Assembly: GCA_963666485.2 (NCBI GenBank)
Contig: CAXXUO010000001.1
Span: forward strand, 128,001-192,000
Source of the DNA: Syntrophorhabdaceae bacterium
Lineage (GTDB): Bacteria; Desulfobacterota; Syntrophorhabdia; Syntrophorhabdales; Syntrophorhabdaceae
Reading direction: 5' to 3'
DNA length: 64,000 bases
Each line of letters starts with the position of its first letter. The first letter of the stretch is position 1. Below the pieces are notes generated by a model. The model did not search any database, had not been told where the DNA came from, and saw only the letters and a list, made by a program, of their open reading frames with translations. This document shows positions 1-10,647 of this stretch, one piece after another. Made by a program: the position numbers and the translations under genes.

Positions 1-46
1 TCAGGACCGCAATGATGATCTCGATATGATCGCGCGATAATCCCAT
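1..46 (-). CDS. Possible 5' end of a gene running off the window (MGLSRDHIEIIIAVL...)
   Basis: ATG at 46 on the minus strand with an open frame to the window edge; too short to identify. Confidence 0.25.
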   Translation of the reverse strand, partial: MGLSRDHIEIIIAVL

Positions 47-71
47 CTCACCATTGTTGTAACATAAAAAC

Positions 72-190
72 GGGTAATGGGTAATAGGTAATGGGTTATG
101 GGGATTTTTTCCGGCACCCCGCCATGCCTATCACCTATCTTTATCTTTTCCCGTTACCTATCACCCATCGCCCATTGCCTATAACCTATC
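72..190. repeat. Degenerate heptamer repeats in inverted arrangement (GGGTAAT-type arm / CCTATC-CCCATC-type arm)
   Basis: gggtaat gggtaat aggtaat gggttat at 72-99 and complementary-type units at about 125-190. Confidence 0.7.
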
Positions 191-262
191 TTCTTGCCCA
201 TTGCCTGTCGTTTTGTTAGAATCGCGGAAGACGGAAACTTCCTGACACCAGCGGGGGTGAAA

Positions 263-2905
263 ATGACCTTCCTTCGCGCATTTCTGGCATTGCTTCTTTT
301 ATCGCTGATCTTCACGATCGTCCCGGGCGTCTCATACGGAGAGGAAACGGACGATCTCTCGAAAAAGATCGCGCAGATAAACGACCTGAGAAGACAGGGC
401 AAGCCCCGTGAGGCCGCTGAACTGGCAACGCAGCTCGTAGAAAATACCAAAAAGACATTCGGACCGGACGACCCGAATACGGCACGGGCGGTCTTTACAC
501 TCGGCAACCTTTACCGCCTCTCCGGCAACTATGCCGAGGCCGAGCCACTTCTCAGGCAGGCACTGTCATCTGCCCAAAAAGCCCGCGGTCCGTATCGCGG
601 CTTGATATCAAATATTCTCATCGTGACAGCGATGCTTTATAACAGCACCGGCCGCTATGCCGAAGCAGAACCGCTGCTGAAACAATCACTGGACATCCTG
701 GAACGAATGAAGATCAGGAGCCAGGAGGCCATTGCCTTCGCTACGACCCTGCTCGCCGAGGTGTACCACTTTACCGGGCGTCAGGCCGAAGCGGAACCGC
801 TCATGGTAAAGGCGCTGGGTATCTATGAGAAAGCTGACGATTTTATGCCGGAAAGGACGGCCCATGCTCTCACTGTACTTGGCCGGATCTACCGTAATAC
901 AGGCCGTTTTGCTCAGGCCGAGCCGCTTATACGGCGCTCTCTCGCCATAAGTGAAAAAAACCTCGGGCCCGAGCACGGGACCGTTGCGTTCGCGCTCAAC
1001 AACCTGGCCCTGATATACAGGAACACGGGGCGCTCCGCCGAGGTTGAGCCGCTGTATGTGAGGTCTCTCGCAATTACGGAAAAGAACCTCAGCCCCAATC
1101 ACCCGCTTCTTTCCGCGACCCTGAACAATCTCGCGTATCATTACGGCAACGCGGGGAAACATGTGAAAGCTGACAGCACGTTCAGAAGGGCTGCCCGGGT
1201 CCAGGAATCGATGCGTGCATCGATCTTTACCCTTCTGACAGAAAAGCAGAAGTTATCGTACATGAAAACCCAGGAGAACGGTATTTACGGATACGTCAGC
1301 CACACCCTGGGATTCCCCCGGGTCTCCGCGACCGCTGTTGCGGAAACCTTCGATACGTGGCTGAGATGGAAGGGTTCGGTCATCGAGGCGCAGGGGCGTT
1401 TCCTCGATGCGGTCTACACATCTGACGACCCGGGAACCCAGGCTAAGCTCAAAGAGCTCATAACGATAAGAAAGGAACTCTCCCGCCTCGAAATTTCGGG
1501 CCCGGAAAAGACAGGGGCGGAAGAATACGGGCGAAGAACGGGCGAACTCAGAAAAAAACAGGCATCGCTCGAAATTGAGCTTATGTCGGGAAACAGGGAT
1601 TTTATGCTTCAGAAAAAATCCCAGGATGCCGGCACAGAAACATTGGCCGCCTATATGCCGGGGAACGCCGTCTACCTCGACTATGCAAAAATACGTCTGT
1701 TTGATTTTCGTAAGAAGAAATGGCTGGGCCCTCACTATCTTGTCTTTCTCTTTGCGCCGGGCAGTGCAAAATCGACACAACTACTCAGCATGGGCCCCGC
1801 CGAACCGGTCGACCGGCACATCAATGAATATCTCAGGGAAATGGCGCGGGCGGGAAGCGAAGGAAAACTGCCCGACGAGAAAAAGCTGAGAGAGGAGGCC
1901 ACGGCCCTTTACAACATCCTTGTGCGGCCTTTAGAAAGCTTCTTCCCGGGAAAGGAGCACATCCTCATAAGCCCCGACGGGAACCTGAACCTGATACCGT
2001 TCGAGGCCCTTGTCGATCCCGCCGGAAAATATCTCATTGAAAAAGCGGTTATAAGCTATGTCGGGGCGGGCCGGGACATCGTCAAGTTCTCGCGTATCTC
2101 CCTCAAAGGAGGGACCTCGCTTATCATAGCGGACCCGGACTATGACCTCGGGCAGAACGAGATCGAGAGGTCAAAGAAAAACGGCGGTCTTGCCGTGTCC
2201 CAGACAAGGTCCTTCACTCTCAGAGACCTCGAAGGAATGCACTTTGACCCGCTGCCCGATACGAAAATAGAGGCCGATGCCGTCGAGAAGATCCTGCATG
2301 ACACTTTTTCCCAGACCGTGTTGAACCGCCAGGGCAAGAAAGCGCTCGAATACACGCTCTTCGAAAATTTTTCACCGAAAGTGCTTCACCTCGCAACGCA
2401 CGGATATTTCCTGACAAAACAGGAACCGAAACAGACCGATGCTGTCGCCGACATGGCCGCAGAGGATGACCTGATGGACAACCCGGCGTTCGTTATCCAA
2501 AACCCGATGCTCCGCTCCGGTATAGTCCTTGCCGGGGTCAATACATCCCTCAAGGCCGGGCAGGACGAGGGCATGGTAACGGCCGAGAAGGTCCTGGGGT
2601 TGCGGCTCAAGGGCACGGACCTTGTTGTGCTGTCAGCGTGCAGGACCGGCGTCGGCGACATAGAGAGCGGTGAAGGTGTGTTTGGCCTGAAAAGGGCTTT
2701 CATCCTTTCCGGGGCCAAGTCGATCATCATGAGCCTGTGGAGCGTGCCGTCCCGGGAAACGGTGGACCTGATGCGCTCATTCTACACACAGATAGCCGAA
2801 GGAAAGACCGCATCCGTAGCCTTGAGGCAGGCGAAGCTTTCGATAATGCAAAAACAGCCGCATCCGTTCTTCTGGGCTGCGTTCATTCTGACGGGAGCAC
2901 CGTAA
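263..2905 (+). CDS. Secreted TPR-repeat / CHAT-domain (caspase-like) protein
   Basis: ATG 263 after GGGGGTGA; hydrophobic signal peptide; kinesin-light-chain-like TPRs (YAEAEPLL..ALS); CHAT motifs SPDGNLNLIPFEAL, LHLATHG, LSACRTG, HPFFWAAF. Confidence 0.92.
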   Translation: MTFLRAFLALLLLSLIFTIVPGVSYGEETDDLSKKIAQINDLRRQGKPREAAELATQLVENTKKTFGPDDPNTARAVFTLGNLYRLSGNYAEAEPLLRQALSSAQKARGPYRGLISNILIVTAMLYNSTGRYAEAEPLLKQSLDILERMKIRSQEAIAFATTLLAEVYHFTGRQAEAEPLMVKALGIYEKADDFMPERTAHALTVLGRIYRNTGRFAQAEPLIRRSLAISEKNLGPEHGTVAFALNNLALIYRNTGRSAEVEPLYVRSLAITEKNLSPNHPLLSATLNNLAYHYGNAGKHVKADSTFRRAARVQESMRASIFTLLTEKQKLSYMKTQENGIYGYVSHTLGFPRVSATAVAETFDTWLRWKGSVIEAQGRFLDAVYTSDDPGTQAKLKELITIRKELSRLEISGPEKTGAEEYGRRTGELRKKQASLEIELMSGNRDFMLQKKSQDAGTETLAAYMPGNAVYLDYAKIRLFDFRKKKWLGPHYLVFLFAPGSAKSTQLLSMGPAEPVDRHINEYLREMARAGSEGKLPDEKKLREEATALYNILVRPLESFFPGKEHILISPDGNLNLIPFEALVDPAGKYLIEKAVISYVGAGRDIVKFSRISLKGGTSLIIADPDYDLGQNEIERSKKNGGLAVSQTRSFTLRDLEGMHFDPLPDTKIEADAVEKILHDTFSQTVLNRQGKKALEYTLFENFSPKVLHLATHGYFLTKQEPKQTDAVADMAAEDDLMDNPAFVIQNPMLRSGIVLAGVNTSLKAGQDEGMVTAEKVLGLRLKGTDLVVLSACRTGVGDIESGEGVFGLKRAFILSGAKSIIMSLWSVPSRETVDLMRSFYTQIAEGKTASVALRQAKLSIMQKQPHPFFWAAFILTGAP

Positions 2906-2910
2906 AAAAA

Positions 2911-2941
2911 GTTCCAGGTTCCAGGTTCCAGGTTCCACGTT
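2911..2941. repeat. Heptamer tandem repeat (GTTCCAG)x3 + GTTCCAC
   Basis: Read directly; lies between convergent genes. Confidence 0.85.
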
Positions 2942-2976
2942 AAAAGAAAAAAACAGGAAACAGGTTTGGGCCGGCA

Positions 2977-3507
2977 TCATCGCGACGAGTGGTCCACGAT
3001 GATCAATTTGTCTGTATCGAATCCCATGTCCTTCGCCTTTCCCATGAGCGCAGTCATGACCGGCTGTTCCAGTTTCGGGGTACGGGCGAGGATCCAGAGA
3101 TAGTTCCGGGTGTTACCGCACACAATGGCCCAGGCATAATCAGCGTCAAGCGCGATGACGTTATATCCGCCATAAAAGGGTCCAAAAAATGATACCTTCA
3201 ACTGCCCGATATCGGGGCTTCCGACAAAATATCCTTTGCCCTTTGCCTTTTTCCACACCTTTTTCCCGGGATCGAACCCGGAATTTATCACATCGATCCC
3301 ACCGTCCTTTCGCAGGGTGTACTCGGCCCGGACGTTCGTAAGGCCCCTCTCGAAGGAGTGATCGAGACGGGCTATTTCGTACCAGGTGCCCATATAACGG
3401 TCCACTGTGAACCCTTTCACGGGTTCGATCCCGTTCGGGAGCGTCGCGCATGCGCCGAAAAGGAGAAGGCATGTAAATATCATAAATATCGCTATATTAC
3501 CTGACAT
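2977..3507 (-). CDS. blc: Outer-membrane lipoprotein lipocalin
   Basis: Lipobox LFGAC; GTWYEIARLDHSFERG, LKVSFFGPFYGGY and YLWILARTP motifs; start may be 3507 or 3540. Confidence 0.92.
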   Translation of the reverse strand: MSGNIAIFMIFTCLLLFGACATLPNGIEPVKGFTVDRYMGTWYEIARLDHSFERGLTNVRAEYTLRKDGGIDVINSGFDPGKKVWKKAKGKGYFVGSPDIGQLKVSFFGPFYGGYNVIALDADYAWAIVCGNTRNYLWILARTPKLEQPVMTALMGKAKDMGFDTDKLIIVDHSSR

Positions 3508-3727
3508 TTTTTTCACACGTCCACTTCGTATATCTCGCATATATCAAATTTAATTCGGAAAACAATGGAATGCAAACGAAAAACAGGCTTGCCTTCTTGA
3601 AATACTAAAAGGTATACTCACAAAAAGTGTGTGGCAGGCTTTATCGGCTCTCCCGGCCGAGAAGAGAAGGTATGTCGAAAAGGTCCGTGACCGGACTTTA
3701 AGTTATTTCCGAACGTGGGGTTCACAT

Positions 3728-5083
3728 ATGATCCGTGACACATATTGTTTCCCGTTGAAGAAACAAAACGGAGTATCGCTGGCGATCATTATTTTACTCA
3801 TGATCGCTCTCGTTCTCGGCGGTTGTTCGAAAAAACCGAAACAGCAGCCGCATCAGGCCGAAGTTACCGTCATGGCGATAAAACAGGCGGACACTCCTGT
3901 GGCGTTCGAATTCGTAGCCCAGACACAGAGTTCCCATGAAGTGCAGATACGGGCGCGTGTCAGCGGATTCCTGGAAAAACGGGTCTACACCGAAGGCACG
4001 GTCGTAAAAAAGGGCAGCACCCTTTTCCTAATGGACAAGAAACCGTTCCTGGCCCAGGTGGCTGCGGCTGCTGCTGCGCTGGCCCGGCAGAAATCGAACC
4101 ACGAAACGGCGCGCAGGAACCTGGAGCGTGTAAAGCCCCTTGCCGAACAGAACGCACTTTCCCAGAAAGACCTCGACGATGCCAACCGTAATTTCGAAAC
4201 GACGGCGGCGGAGGTCGAGCAGGCCAAGGCCCAGCTCCTGACACAGCAGCTCGACCTGTCCTACTGCACGATCACATCGCCCATCACCGGGATAACGGCG
4301 GCGGCTATGGTCCAGGACGGCGCTTACGTGAACATGCAGAACAACCAGCTGACCACCGTCTCGGTCCTGTCCCCCATGTGGGTCAATTTCAGCATCTCCG
4401 AGAACGACGTGAAGAGGTATGCGGACAGGATCGCCTCGGGTTCGATCATTCCCCCGAAGAATGACAATTACGAGGTTGAAATAATCCTGGTCGACGGGTC
4501 CATATTCTCCGAAAAAGGCGCAATAACCTTCGCTTCCCCGTCGTACGACGCGAAAACCGGTACATTCATGCTCAGGTCGAGCTTCCCCAATGCAAAAGGA
4601 TATCTCCGGCCAAATCAGTATGTCCGCGCCCGATTGAAAGGGGCCGTCCGGCGGAACGCTATATTAATACCCCAGCGGGCCGTTCAGCAGGGTGCCAAGG
4701 GACATTTTGTATGGGTGGTGAACAAGGAGGGGAAGGCCGAGTTCAGGCCGGTAACGGTCGGCGATTGGTACGGTGACGGTCTTTTTATCGATACGGGGTT
4801 GCGCACCGGTGATCAGGTCGTCGTCGACGGTATGCTTGGCGTGCGCACGGGCGAAGCGGTAAAGATCAAGCAGGCGGCCGCGGAACAGCCGACCGGCAGG
4901 CGGCCCGGCGAGGCCCCGGCGATCAAAATGGAACAGGCACTGCCCAAACCTCCGTCAAAACCGGACGCTTCGGCGACCCCCGCCAAAAGCGCGGCACCAC
5001 CGACTGAAGCAACCGCTCCGGGAAAACCCGCCGCGAAGCCGGCGGCTGCCGGATCGAGCGGGAGCACGAAACAGGGGAGGTAG
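3728..5083 (+). CDS. RND efflux periplasmic adaptor (AcrA/MexA family) with Pro/Ala-rich C-terminal tail
   Basis: Lipobox LGGC; IRARVSGFLEKR, TITSPITG and LRPNQYVRARL motifs; start uncertain. Confidence 0.92.
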   Translation: MIRDTYCFPLKKQNGVSLAIIILLMIALVLGGCSKKPKQQPHQAEVTVMAIKQADTPVAFEFVAQTQSSHEVQIRARVSGFLEKRVYTEGTVVKKGSTLFLMDKKPFLAQVAAAAAALARQKSNHETARRNLERVKPLAEQNALSQKDLDDANRNFETTAAEVEQAKAQLLTQQLDLSYCTITSPITGITAAAMVQDGAYVNMQNNQLTTVSVLSPMWVNFSISENDVKRYADRIASGSIIPPKNDNYEVEIILVDGSIFSEKGAITFASPSYDAKTGTFMLRSSFPNAKGYLRPNQYVRARLKGAVRRNAILIPQRAVQQGAKGHFVWVVNKEGKAEFRPVTVGDWYGDGLFIDTGLRTGDQVVVDGMLGVRTGEAVKIKQAAAEQPTGRRPGEAPAIKMEQALPKPPSKPDASATPAKSAAPPTEATAPGKPAAKPAAAGSSGSTKQGR

Positions 5084-5086
5084 GGC

Positions 5087-8000
5087 ATGTTCTCCCGGTT
5101 CTTCATAGAACGACCCATCTTTGCGACCGTCGTCGCCCTCATCATAGTCATCGCGGGGCTTGTCGCGATGAAATCACTTCCCGTCGCCCAGTACCCGACG
5201 ATAACCCCGGTCCAGATCCAGGTCACAACAACATACCCGGGCGCCGACTCCAAAACGGTCAGCGACTCCGTGGCGGCACCCATCGAGGCACAGATCAACG
5301 GCGTCGACAACATGCTCTACATGACGTCGACGAGCTCGAACACCGGCCAGTTGACCCTGACCGTGTATTTTACGCTGAACACCGACCCCGACATAGCACA
5401 GGTCCAGGTCCAGAACAGGGTGAGCCTTGCCATGCCGCAATTGCCGGAAGCCGTGACGCAATTCGGCGTTTCTGTCGAGAAAAAATCATCCAACATCCTG
5501 ATGATCGTTTCGGTCTTCAACAAGGACGGGCGCTACTCGGCGGATTATGTCAACAACTATGCGAACGTGTACGTCCTGGACGCGGTAAAGCGGGTGGAAG
5601 GCGCGGGCCAGGCGCAGATATTCGGACTGCCCGACCAGGCAATGCGAATCTGGATGAACCCCGATCACATGGCATCACTCGGTATCACGACGACGGATAT
5701 CCAGCAGGCAATCGCGAAACAGAACGCCCTCTGGGGCGCCGGGCAGGTCGGCCAGCAGCCAAACGACCCCAAGGTCCAGTTGACCCTGCCTGTCGTTACC
5801 CAGGCGCCGTTCACGAATCCCCGGCAATACGAGAGCATTATTCTCAAGACAAGCACAGACGGCTCCGCCATAGTCACGGTCGGAGATGTTGCCCGGGCCG
5901 AGGTCGGCAAGAAACAATACATTGACGACAACAAGGTGAACGGGATCGCGGCCACCCCCGTGGCGGTATACCAGCAACCCGGGGTGAACGGGCTCGACGT
6001 GTCGAAGGCCGTCCGGAAAACCATGGAAGAATTGAAGAAGTCAATGCCGGACGGGATGGATTACAGCATCACGCTCGACACGACGGATTTTGTCCGCATC
6101 TCGATCGAGGAAGTTGTCCACACTCTTTTCGAGGCGGTCATCCTTGTCGTTTTCATCGTCTACCTCTTCCTGCAAAGCTTCCGCTCGACCATAATCTGCA
6201 CCGTGGCCATATTCGTCTCGCTCATTGGAACGTTCTGCGGAATGCTGGTGTTGGGTTTTTCGATCAATATGCTCACTCTCTTCGGGGTGGTGCTCGCCAT
6301 AGGCATGGTTGTCGACGACGCGATCGTCGTCGTCGAGAATGTCGAGCGAAACATGATGAAAAATCACCTGCCTCCAAAGGAAGCGACCATAAAGGCCATG
6401 GAGGAGATCGGCACATCGCTTATCGCCGTCGTGCTCGTTATGGCCTCGGTCTTTATCCCTGCCGCCTTTCTTCCCGGTACGACGGGCCAGCTCTACAAAC
6501 AGTTTGCGATCACGATCGTTATCTCGGTCGCCCTTTCCGGTTTTACCGCACTGACGCTGACACCCGCAATGTGCGCCATCATGCTCAAGCACGGTCAGCC
6601 GTCCGAAAAGGGCATCTTCAAATATTTCAACCGTTTTTTTGGATGGTTCAACCGCGGCTTCGATCGTTTCACGGTTTTGTTTGGCGACCTGGTCGTTATG
6701 ATGATCAAGAGGATGACGATCGCTTTCTGCGCCCTGGCACTCTTGATCGCCGGGCTCCTGTATCTTTTCCACGCGATTCCGACCAGCTTCGTACCGAATG
6801 AAGATCAGGGTTACCTCATGGGTATTCTCCTCATGCCGGATGCGGCCAGCTTAAAGCGCACGGCTGATGCGGCCGATGAGATCGATAAGATCTTCGCAAA
6901 ACAACCGGGCGTCAAGGACCGTACCATCATCAACGGCTACAGCCTCCTCGACAGCCAATTCAAATCAAATGCCACAACGTTCTTTGTCACACTCGATGAT
7001 TTCAAGGAACGATACTCGTCCATGAAGAAAGCAAAACAGCAGAACGCACGAGCTATCGTGCAGGGTGTCATGGCACAATCCGGCCACTTGCAAAAGGGTA
7101 TCTTTTTTCCTATCATCCCCCCCGCCATACCCGGTATCGGGACGACCGGCGGATTCGAGTTCTGGATCCAGGACAAAGGGACCGGGGACCCGGCGGCGCT
7201 GTACGACGTGACCCAGAAATTTCTCGAAAAGGCCCGGACACGCCCGGAACTTACGAGCCTCAATTCCACCTACAAAGCTGCATCTCAACAGATACGGGCA
7301 GATGTTGACCGCTCGAAGGCCATGCTCCTCAACGTCCCCGTCGAAGACGTCTACAGTACATTGCAGGCGCAATTCGGGTCTGTTGTGGCGAGCCAGTTTA
7401 ACCAGTACAGCAGGGTGTGGAACGTGACCCTCCAGTCGGATGCCCGCTACAGGCAGAGACCTGAAGATATTACGAGGCTTTATACGCGATCGAGGACCCA
7501 GGACATGGTCCCGCTTTCCGCTGTCGTGTCGACAAAATTCGTAACAGGCCCGGACCTCATGTCGCGGTTCAATGGTTTCCCGGCCGCCCAGATCACGGGA
7601 AGCGCTGCTGCTGACAGAAGTTCCGGCGAAGCCATCAAGGCGATGGAAGAAGTAGCAGCGGAGGTATTGCCCCAGGGGTACAGTTTTGCGTGGTCCGGTA
7701 TGGCATTTCAGGAGAAACAGTCGGGCGGCACATCGTCCTCGGCATTTGTCTTCGGCCTCATTATCGTCTTTCTCATTCTCGCCGCCCAGTTTGAGTCGTG
7801 GGTCATGCCTGGCTCTGTTATGACGGCGGTGCCATTCGGTATCCTTGGCGCCCTTTTCTTCAACTATTGCCGCGGACTTGAAAATGACGTGTACTTCCAG
7901 ATCGGCCTTCTCGTGCTCATCGGGCTCGGGGCCAAGAATGCCGTTCTCCGTGTTGCCTTTGCATCGGAGCTCAGAAAACAGGGACTGTCGATCATGGACG

Positions 8001-8311
8001 CGACGATACAGGCAGGTGAACAGCGCTTGCGGCCTATCATCATGACATCTCTTGCGTTTATCTTCGGCGTATTGCCTCTCGCCATAGCGACCGGTGCGGG
8101 GGCAAATGCGCGCCATTCTATCGGCACCGGCATCATAGGCGGCATGATCGGGGAGACCACGCTTGCCATGCTCTACGTGCCTCTCTTCTTCTATATTTTC
8201 GACGGACTGGCCGAGCGCTCTGCAGAGAAGAAAGAAAAAAAGAAAAAAACTCAGGAGGCGGTGGAAGGAAAACCGCGCGAAGACCTCCTGCCGGACAAGG
8301 AGGAGAGCTGA
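5087..8311 (+). CDS. RND efflux permease (HAE1, AcrB family)
   Basis: MFSRFFIERPIFA start; IGMVVDDAIVVVENVER, GAKNAVL and RLRPIIMTSLAF motifs; 1074 aa. Confidence 0.96.
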   Translation: MFSRFFIERPIFATVVALIIVIAGLVAMKSLPVAQYPTITPVQIQVTTTYPGADSKTVSDSVAAPIEAQINGVDNMLYMTSTSSNTGQLTLTVYFTLNTDPDIAQVQVQNRVSLAMPQLPEAVTQFGVSVEKKSSNILMIVSVFNKDGRYSADYVNNYANVYVLDAVKRVEGAGQAQIFGLPDQAMRIWMNPDHMASLGITTTDIQQAIAKQNALWGAGQVGQQPNDPKVQLTLPVVTQAPFTNPRQYESIILKTSTDGSAIVTVGDVARAEVGKKQYIDDNKVNGIAATPVAVYQQPGVNGLDVSKAVRKTMEELKKSMPDGMDYSITLDTTDFVRISIEEVVHTLFEAVILVVFIVYLFLQSFRSTIICTVAIFVSLIGTFCGMLVLGFSINMLTLFGVVLAIGMVVDDAIVVVENVERNMMKNHLPPKEATIKAMEEIGTSLIAVVLVMASVFIPAAFLPGTTGQLYKQFAITIVISVALSGFTALTLTPAMCAIMLKHGQPSEKGIFKYFNRFFGWFNRGFDRFTVLFGDLVVMMIKRMTIAFCALALLIAGLLYLFHAIPTSFVPNEDQGYLMGILLMPDAASLKRTADAADEIDKIFAKQPGVKDRTIINGYSLLDSQFKSNATTFFVTLDDFKERYSSMKKAKQQNARAIVQGVMAQSGHLQKGIFFPIIPPAIPGIGTTGGFEFWIQDKGTGDPAALYDVTQKFLEKARTRPELTSLNSTYKAASQQIRADVDRSKAMLLNVPVEDVYSTLQAQFGSVVASQFNQYSRVWNVTLQSDARYRQRPEDITRLYTRSRTQDMVPLSAVVSTKFVTGPDLMSRFNGFPAAQITGSAAADRSSGEAIKAMEEVAAEVLPQGYSFAWSGMAFQEKQSGGTSSSAFVFGLIIVFLILAAQFESWVMPGSVMTAVPFGILGALFFNYCRGLENDVYFQIGLLVLIGLGAKNAVLRVAFASELRKQGLSIMDATIQAGEQRLRPIIMTSLAFIFGVLPLAIATGAGANARHSIGTGIIGGMIGETTLAMLYVPLFFYIFDGLAERSAEKKEKKKKTQEAVEGKPREDLLPDKEES

Positions 8312-8312
8312 T

Positions 8313-9830
8313 ATGCGTAGACGCGTCTTGCTCATTCTCTGCGCATTATTTGTCCTCCTGGCAACCGGCTGCGCGATAGGCCCGGATTATAAACGGCCTG
8401 ATATGGATGTCCCCCAGGCCTTCCGGTTCGACGGGGAAGGTTCGCGCGAGGTTGCCGACAGCGAATGGTGGAAGCAATTCAATGACCCCGTCCTTGAAAA
8501 ACTTATCGTCGAGGCGCTCGCGAACAATAAGACCGTCAAGATAGCCGCGGCCAACGTCGATCGGGCGTCCGGCATCCTCATGTCGACCCGCTCGCTGTTC
8601 TTCCCGCAAATATATTATAGCGGGATCGGGCAGCGCGCCCTGCAATCCAAGAACACCGTCCAGATCGTTCCGGAAGATCCGTATAACACCTTTCAGGCAG
8701 CCGGCCAGGCAAGCTGGGAGATTGACCTCTGGGGGCGCATCCGCCGCCTGTCGGAATCGGCGAAGGCCAACCTGTACGCAACGATGGAGGCACGCCGCGG
8801 TATCGTCATGTCCCTGATAACAGAGGTCGCATCGTCATACATACAACTGAGGGCCCTTGACGAACAGCTCTACATTGCCAACGAGACATTGAAATCCTAC
8901 GGGGAGTCGGTCAGAATATTCGAATTGCAGAACAAGTACGGCCAGGTATCGGGCATGACCGTACAACAGGCCCGGTCGCAATATGAGACCGCCGCGGCCC
9001 AGATCCCGCAGATCGAGGTCCAGATCGCCAAGACCGAGAATGCCCTCTCCATCCTCCTCGGCCGGAACCCCGGACCGGTCGAACGGGGGTTGAAACTCTC
9101 CGAGCTCAAGATGCCCCCTATTCCCGCAGGATTGCCTTCAGACCTTCTCTCGAGGCGCCCTGATGTTCTCCAGGCGGAACAAAGCCTCATCGCGGCAAAT
9201 GCCCAGATGGGTGCGGCAAAGGCGCTGTTTTTCCCGACAATATCTTTAACGGGGGCCGCGGGATTTGCGAGCGAGGAACTATCCACACTCTGGCTTGGTC
9301 CCAGTAAGTTATGGAACTATGCAGGAAACGTCACCGGGCCCATCTTCACCGGGGGCAACATACTGGGCCAGTTCAGGCAGTCCCAGGCGAGCCGGGAGGC
9401 GGCGCTCTACTCGTATCAGCTGGCCGTGCAGTCCGCGTTCGCCGATACCGAGAACGCGCTTATATCGAGAAAAAAGATACTCGAACAGCTCGCAGCCGAA
9501 CAGCGCAAGGTCATAGCGTTCCGGGAATACGAAAGGATGGCTGAACTCCAGTATAATGCCGGCTATACAACGTATCTGACCGTCCTCAACGCACAGCAGG
9601 AGCTCTTCCCCGCCGAACTGCAGGCAGTGCAGACAAATGCGTCCTGTTACATAGCGGTCATAAACCTGTATAAGGCGCTCGGCGGTGGGTGGATCGCGAA
9701 AGGGGAAGCACTCACTGTCCCGAAGGATATGGCCAGCGCCGTTCAGACTGACGGCACGGGGGCAACGCCTGCGAATGAATCGAAAAAAGAGGCCGCACCG
9801 AAACCGGGTTCAGAAGCGGAAAAAAAGTAG
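8313..9830 (+). CDS. Efflux outer-membrane factor lipoprotein (OprM/NodT family)
   Basis: ATG 8313 after GGAGGAG; lipobox LATGC; SWEIDLWGRIRR, LPSDLLSRRPDV and LYKALGGGW motifs. Confidence 0.94.
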   Translation: MRRRVLLILCALFVLLATGCAIGPDYKRPDMDVPQAFRFDGEGSREVADSEWWKQFNDPVLEKLIVEALANNKTVKIAAANVDRASGILMSTRSLFFPQIYYSGIGQRALQSKNTVQIVPEDPYNTFQAAGQASWEIDLWGRIRRLSESAKANLYATMEARRGIVMSLITEVASSYIQLRALDEQLYIANETLKSYGESVRIFELQNKYGQVSGMTVQQARSQYETAAAQIPQIEVQIAKTENALSILLGRNPGPVERGLKLSELKMPPIPAGLPSDLLSRRPDVLQAEQSLIAANAQMGAAKALFFPTISLTGAAGFASEELSTLWLGPSKLWNYAGNVTGPIFTGGNILGQFRQSQASREAALYSYQLAVQSAFADTENALISRKKILEQLAAEQRKVIAFREYERMAELQYNAGYTTYLTVLNAQQELFPAELQAVQTNASCYIAVINLYKALGGGWIAKGEALTVPKDMASAVQTDGTGATPANESKKEAAPKPGSEAEKK

Positions 9831-9848
9831 AGAAGAAAACGAGACGGT

Positions 9849-10529
9849 CTACCTTACAACGACCTGAAGGCCCCTGATATTCCCCCCGCCAAACTTGGCC
9901 ATGGTTTCCGCCGCAACGTTTAATCCATCTTCGAGACACGCCGGGTCTATGCCGGGCACGGCGAATGAATAGAAGAGAACGTTGCGGGTATCGTCCCTGA
10001 CCTTTGTCTTTTCGTCGGCCCCCTGGCACAGCACGCAGACGATATCTCTTTCATCGCGCAGGACGATCTCTCCTTCTTTCAATACAAAAAGGCGGCCTCC
10101 CATTCCGGCACATTCCTCGCCATGCCGTGCAACATCCAGTATAAGAGCGCCTTCGATCCGGTCAAAATCGGTGACCGCAACGAGGATGCCGGCGCACATC
10201 TCAGCCATGAAATGAGCATCGACCATGAGGTTGTACCGCGGGAAACCGCTGTTGACCGTTCGCTTGAGATGAGCGGGAAGGGGGCAATCAAAGTCAAAGC
10301 TGTGAAAGAATTTTTCGTAGATATCGATCCGACGAGAGATGCCGGCAAGCGTTTCGCGCTTTCTCATCTTTCGCAGGAGATTGCGCCTGTATTGATCAAA
10401 TTCTGCGTTATCGCTCAGCGGGCGGCAGTCTGAAATAAGCGTCAGTCCAAATGCCACGCCCGGGTACATGGCCCCGTATGCGGATGAGATAGAGAAATTT
10501 ACCCATGCGGCCGATTGATTTTCTTGCAT
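9849..10529 (-). CDS. Stand-alone B3/4 (PheT editing-like) domain protein
   Basis: PRYNLMVDAHF, DFDRIEG, GEIVLRDERDIVC and TKVRDDTRNVLF resemble the B3/4 domain; GGAGG RBS spacing favours the 10529 start. Confidence 0.7.
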   Translation of the reverse strand: MQENQSAAWVNFSISSAYGAMYPGVAFGLTLISDCRPLSDNAEFDQYRRNLLRKMRKRETLAGISRRIDIYEKFFHSFDFDCPLPAHLKRTVNSGFPRYNLMVDAHFMAEMCAGILVAVTDFDRIEGALILDVARHGEECAGMGGRLFVLKEGEIVLRDERDIVCVLCQGADEKTKVRDDTRNVLFYSFAVPGIDPACLEDGLNVAAETMAKFGGGNIRGLQVVVR

Positions 10530-10586
10530 AAGAATCATCCTCCTGGTGTCGCTGTAGTCTTAAGAAATCATTCTTCTAAAGACACT

Positions 10587-10611
10587 GGATTCCCGCTTTC
10601 GCGGGAATGAC
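10587..10611. repeat. REP/dRS3-like palindrome GGATTCCCGCTTTCGCGGGAATGAC
   Basis: Intergenic ATTCCC-N8-GGGAAT hairpin. Confidence 0.75.
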
Positions 10612-10627
10612 GGGCAGGGGGAAGAGG

Positions 10628-10647
10628 CCTTACGCCTTACGCCCTTA
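10628..10647. repeat. Short heptamer repeat (CCTTACG)x2+
   Basis: Read directly at the 3' end of the CDF gene. Confidence 0.5.
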
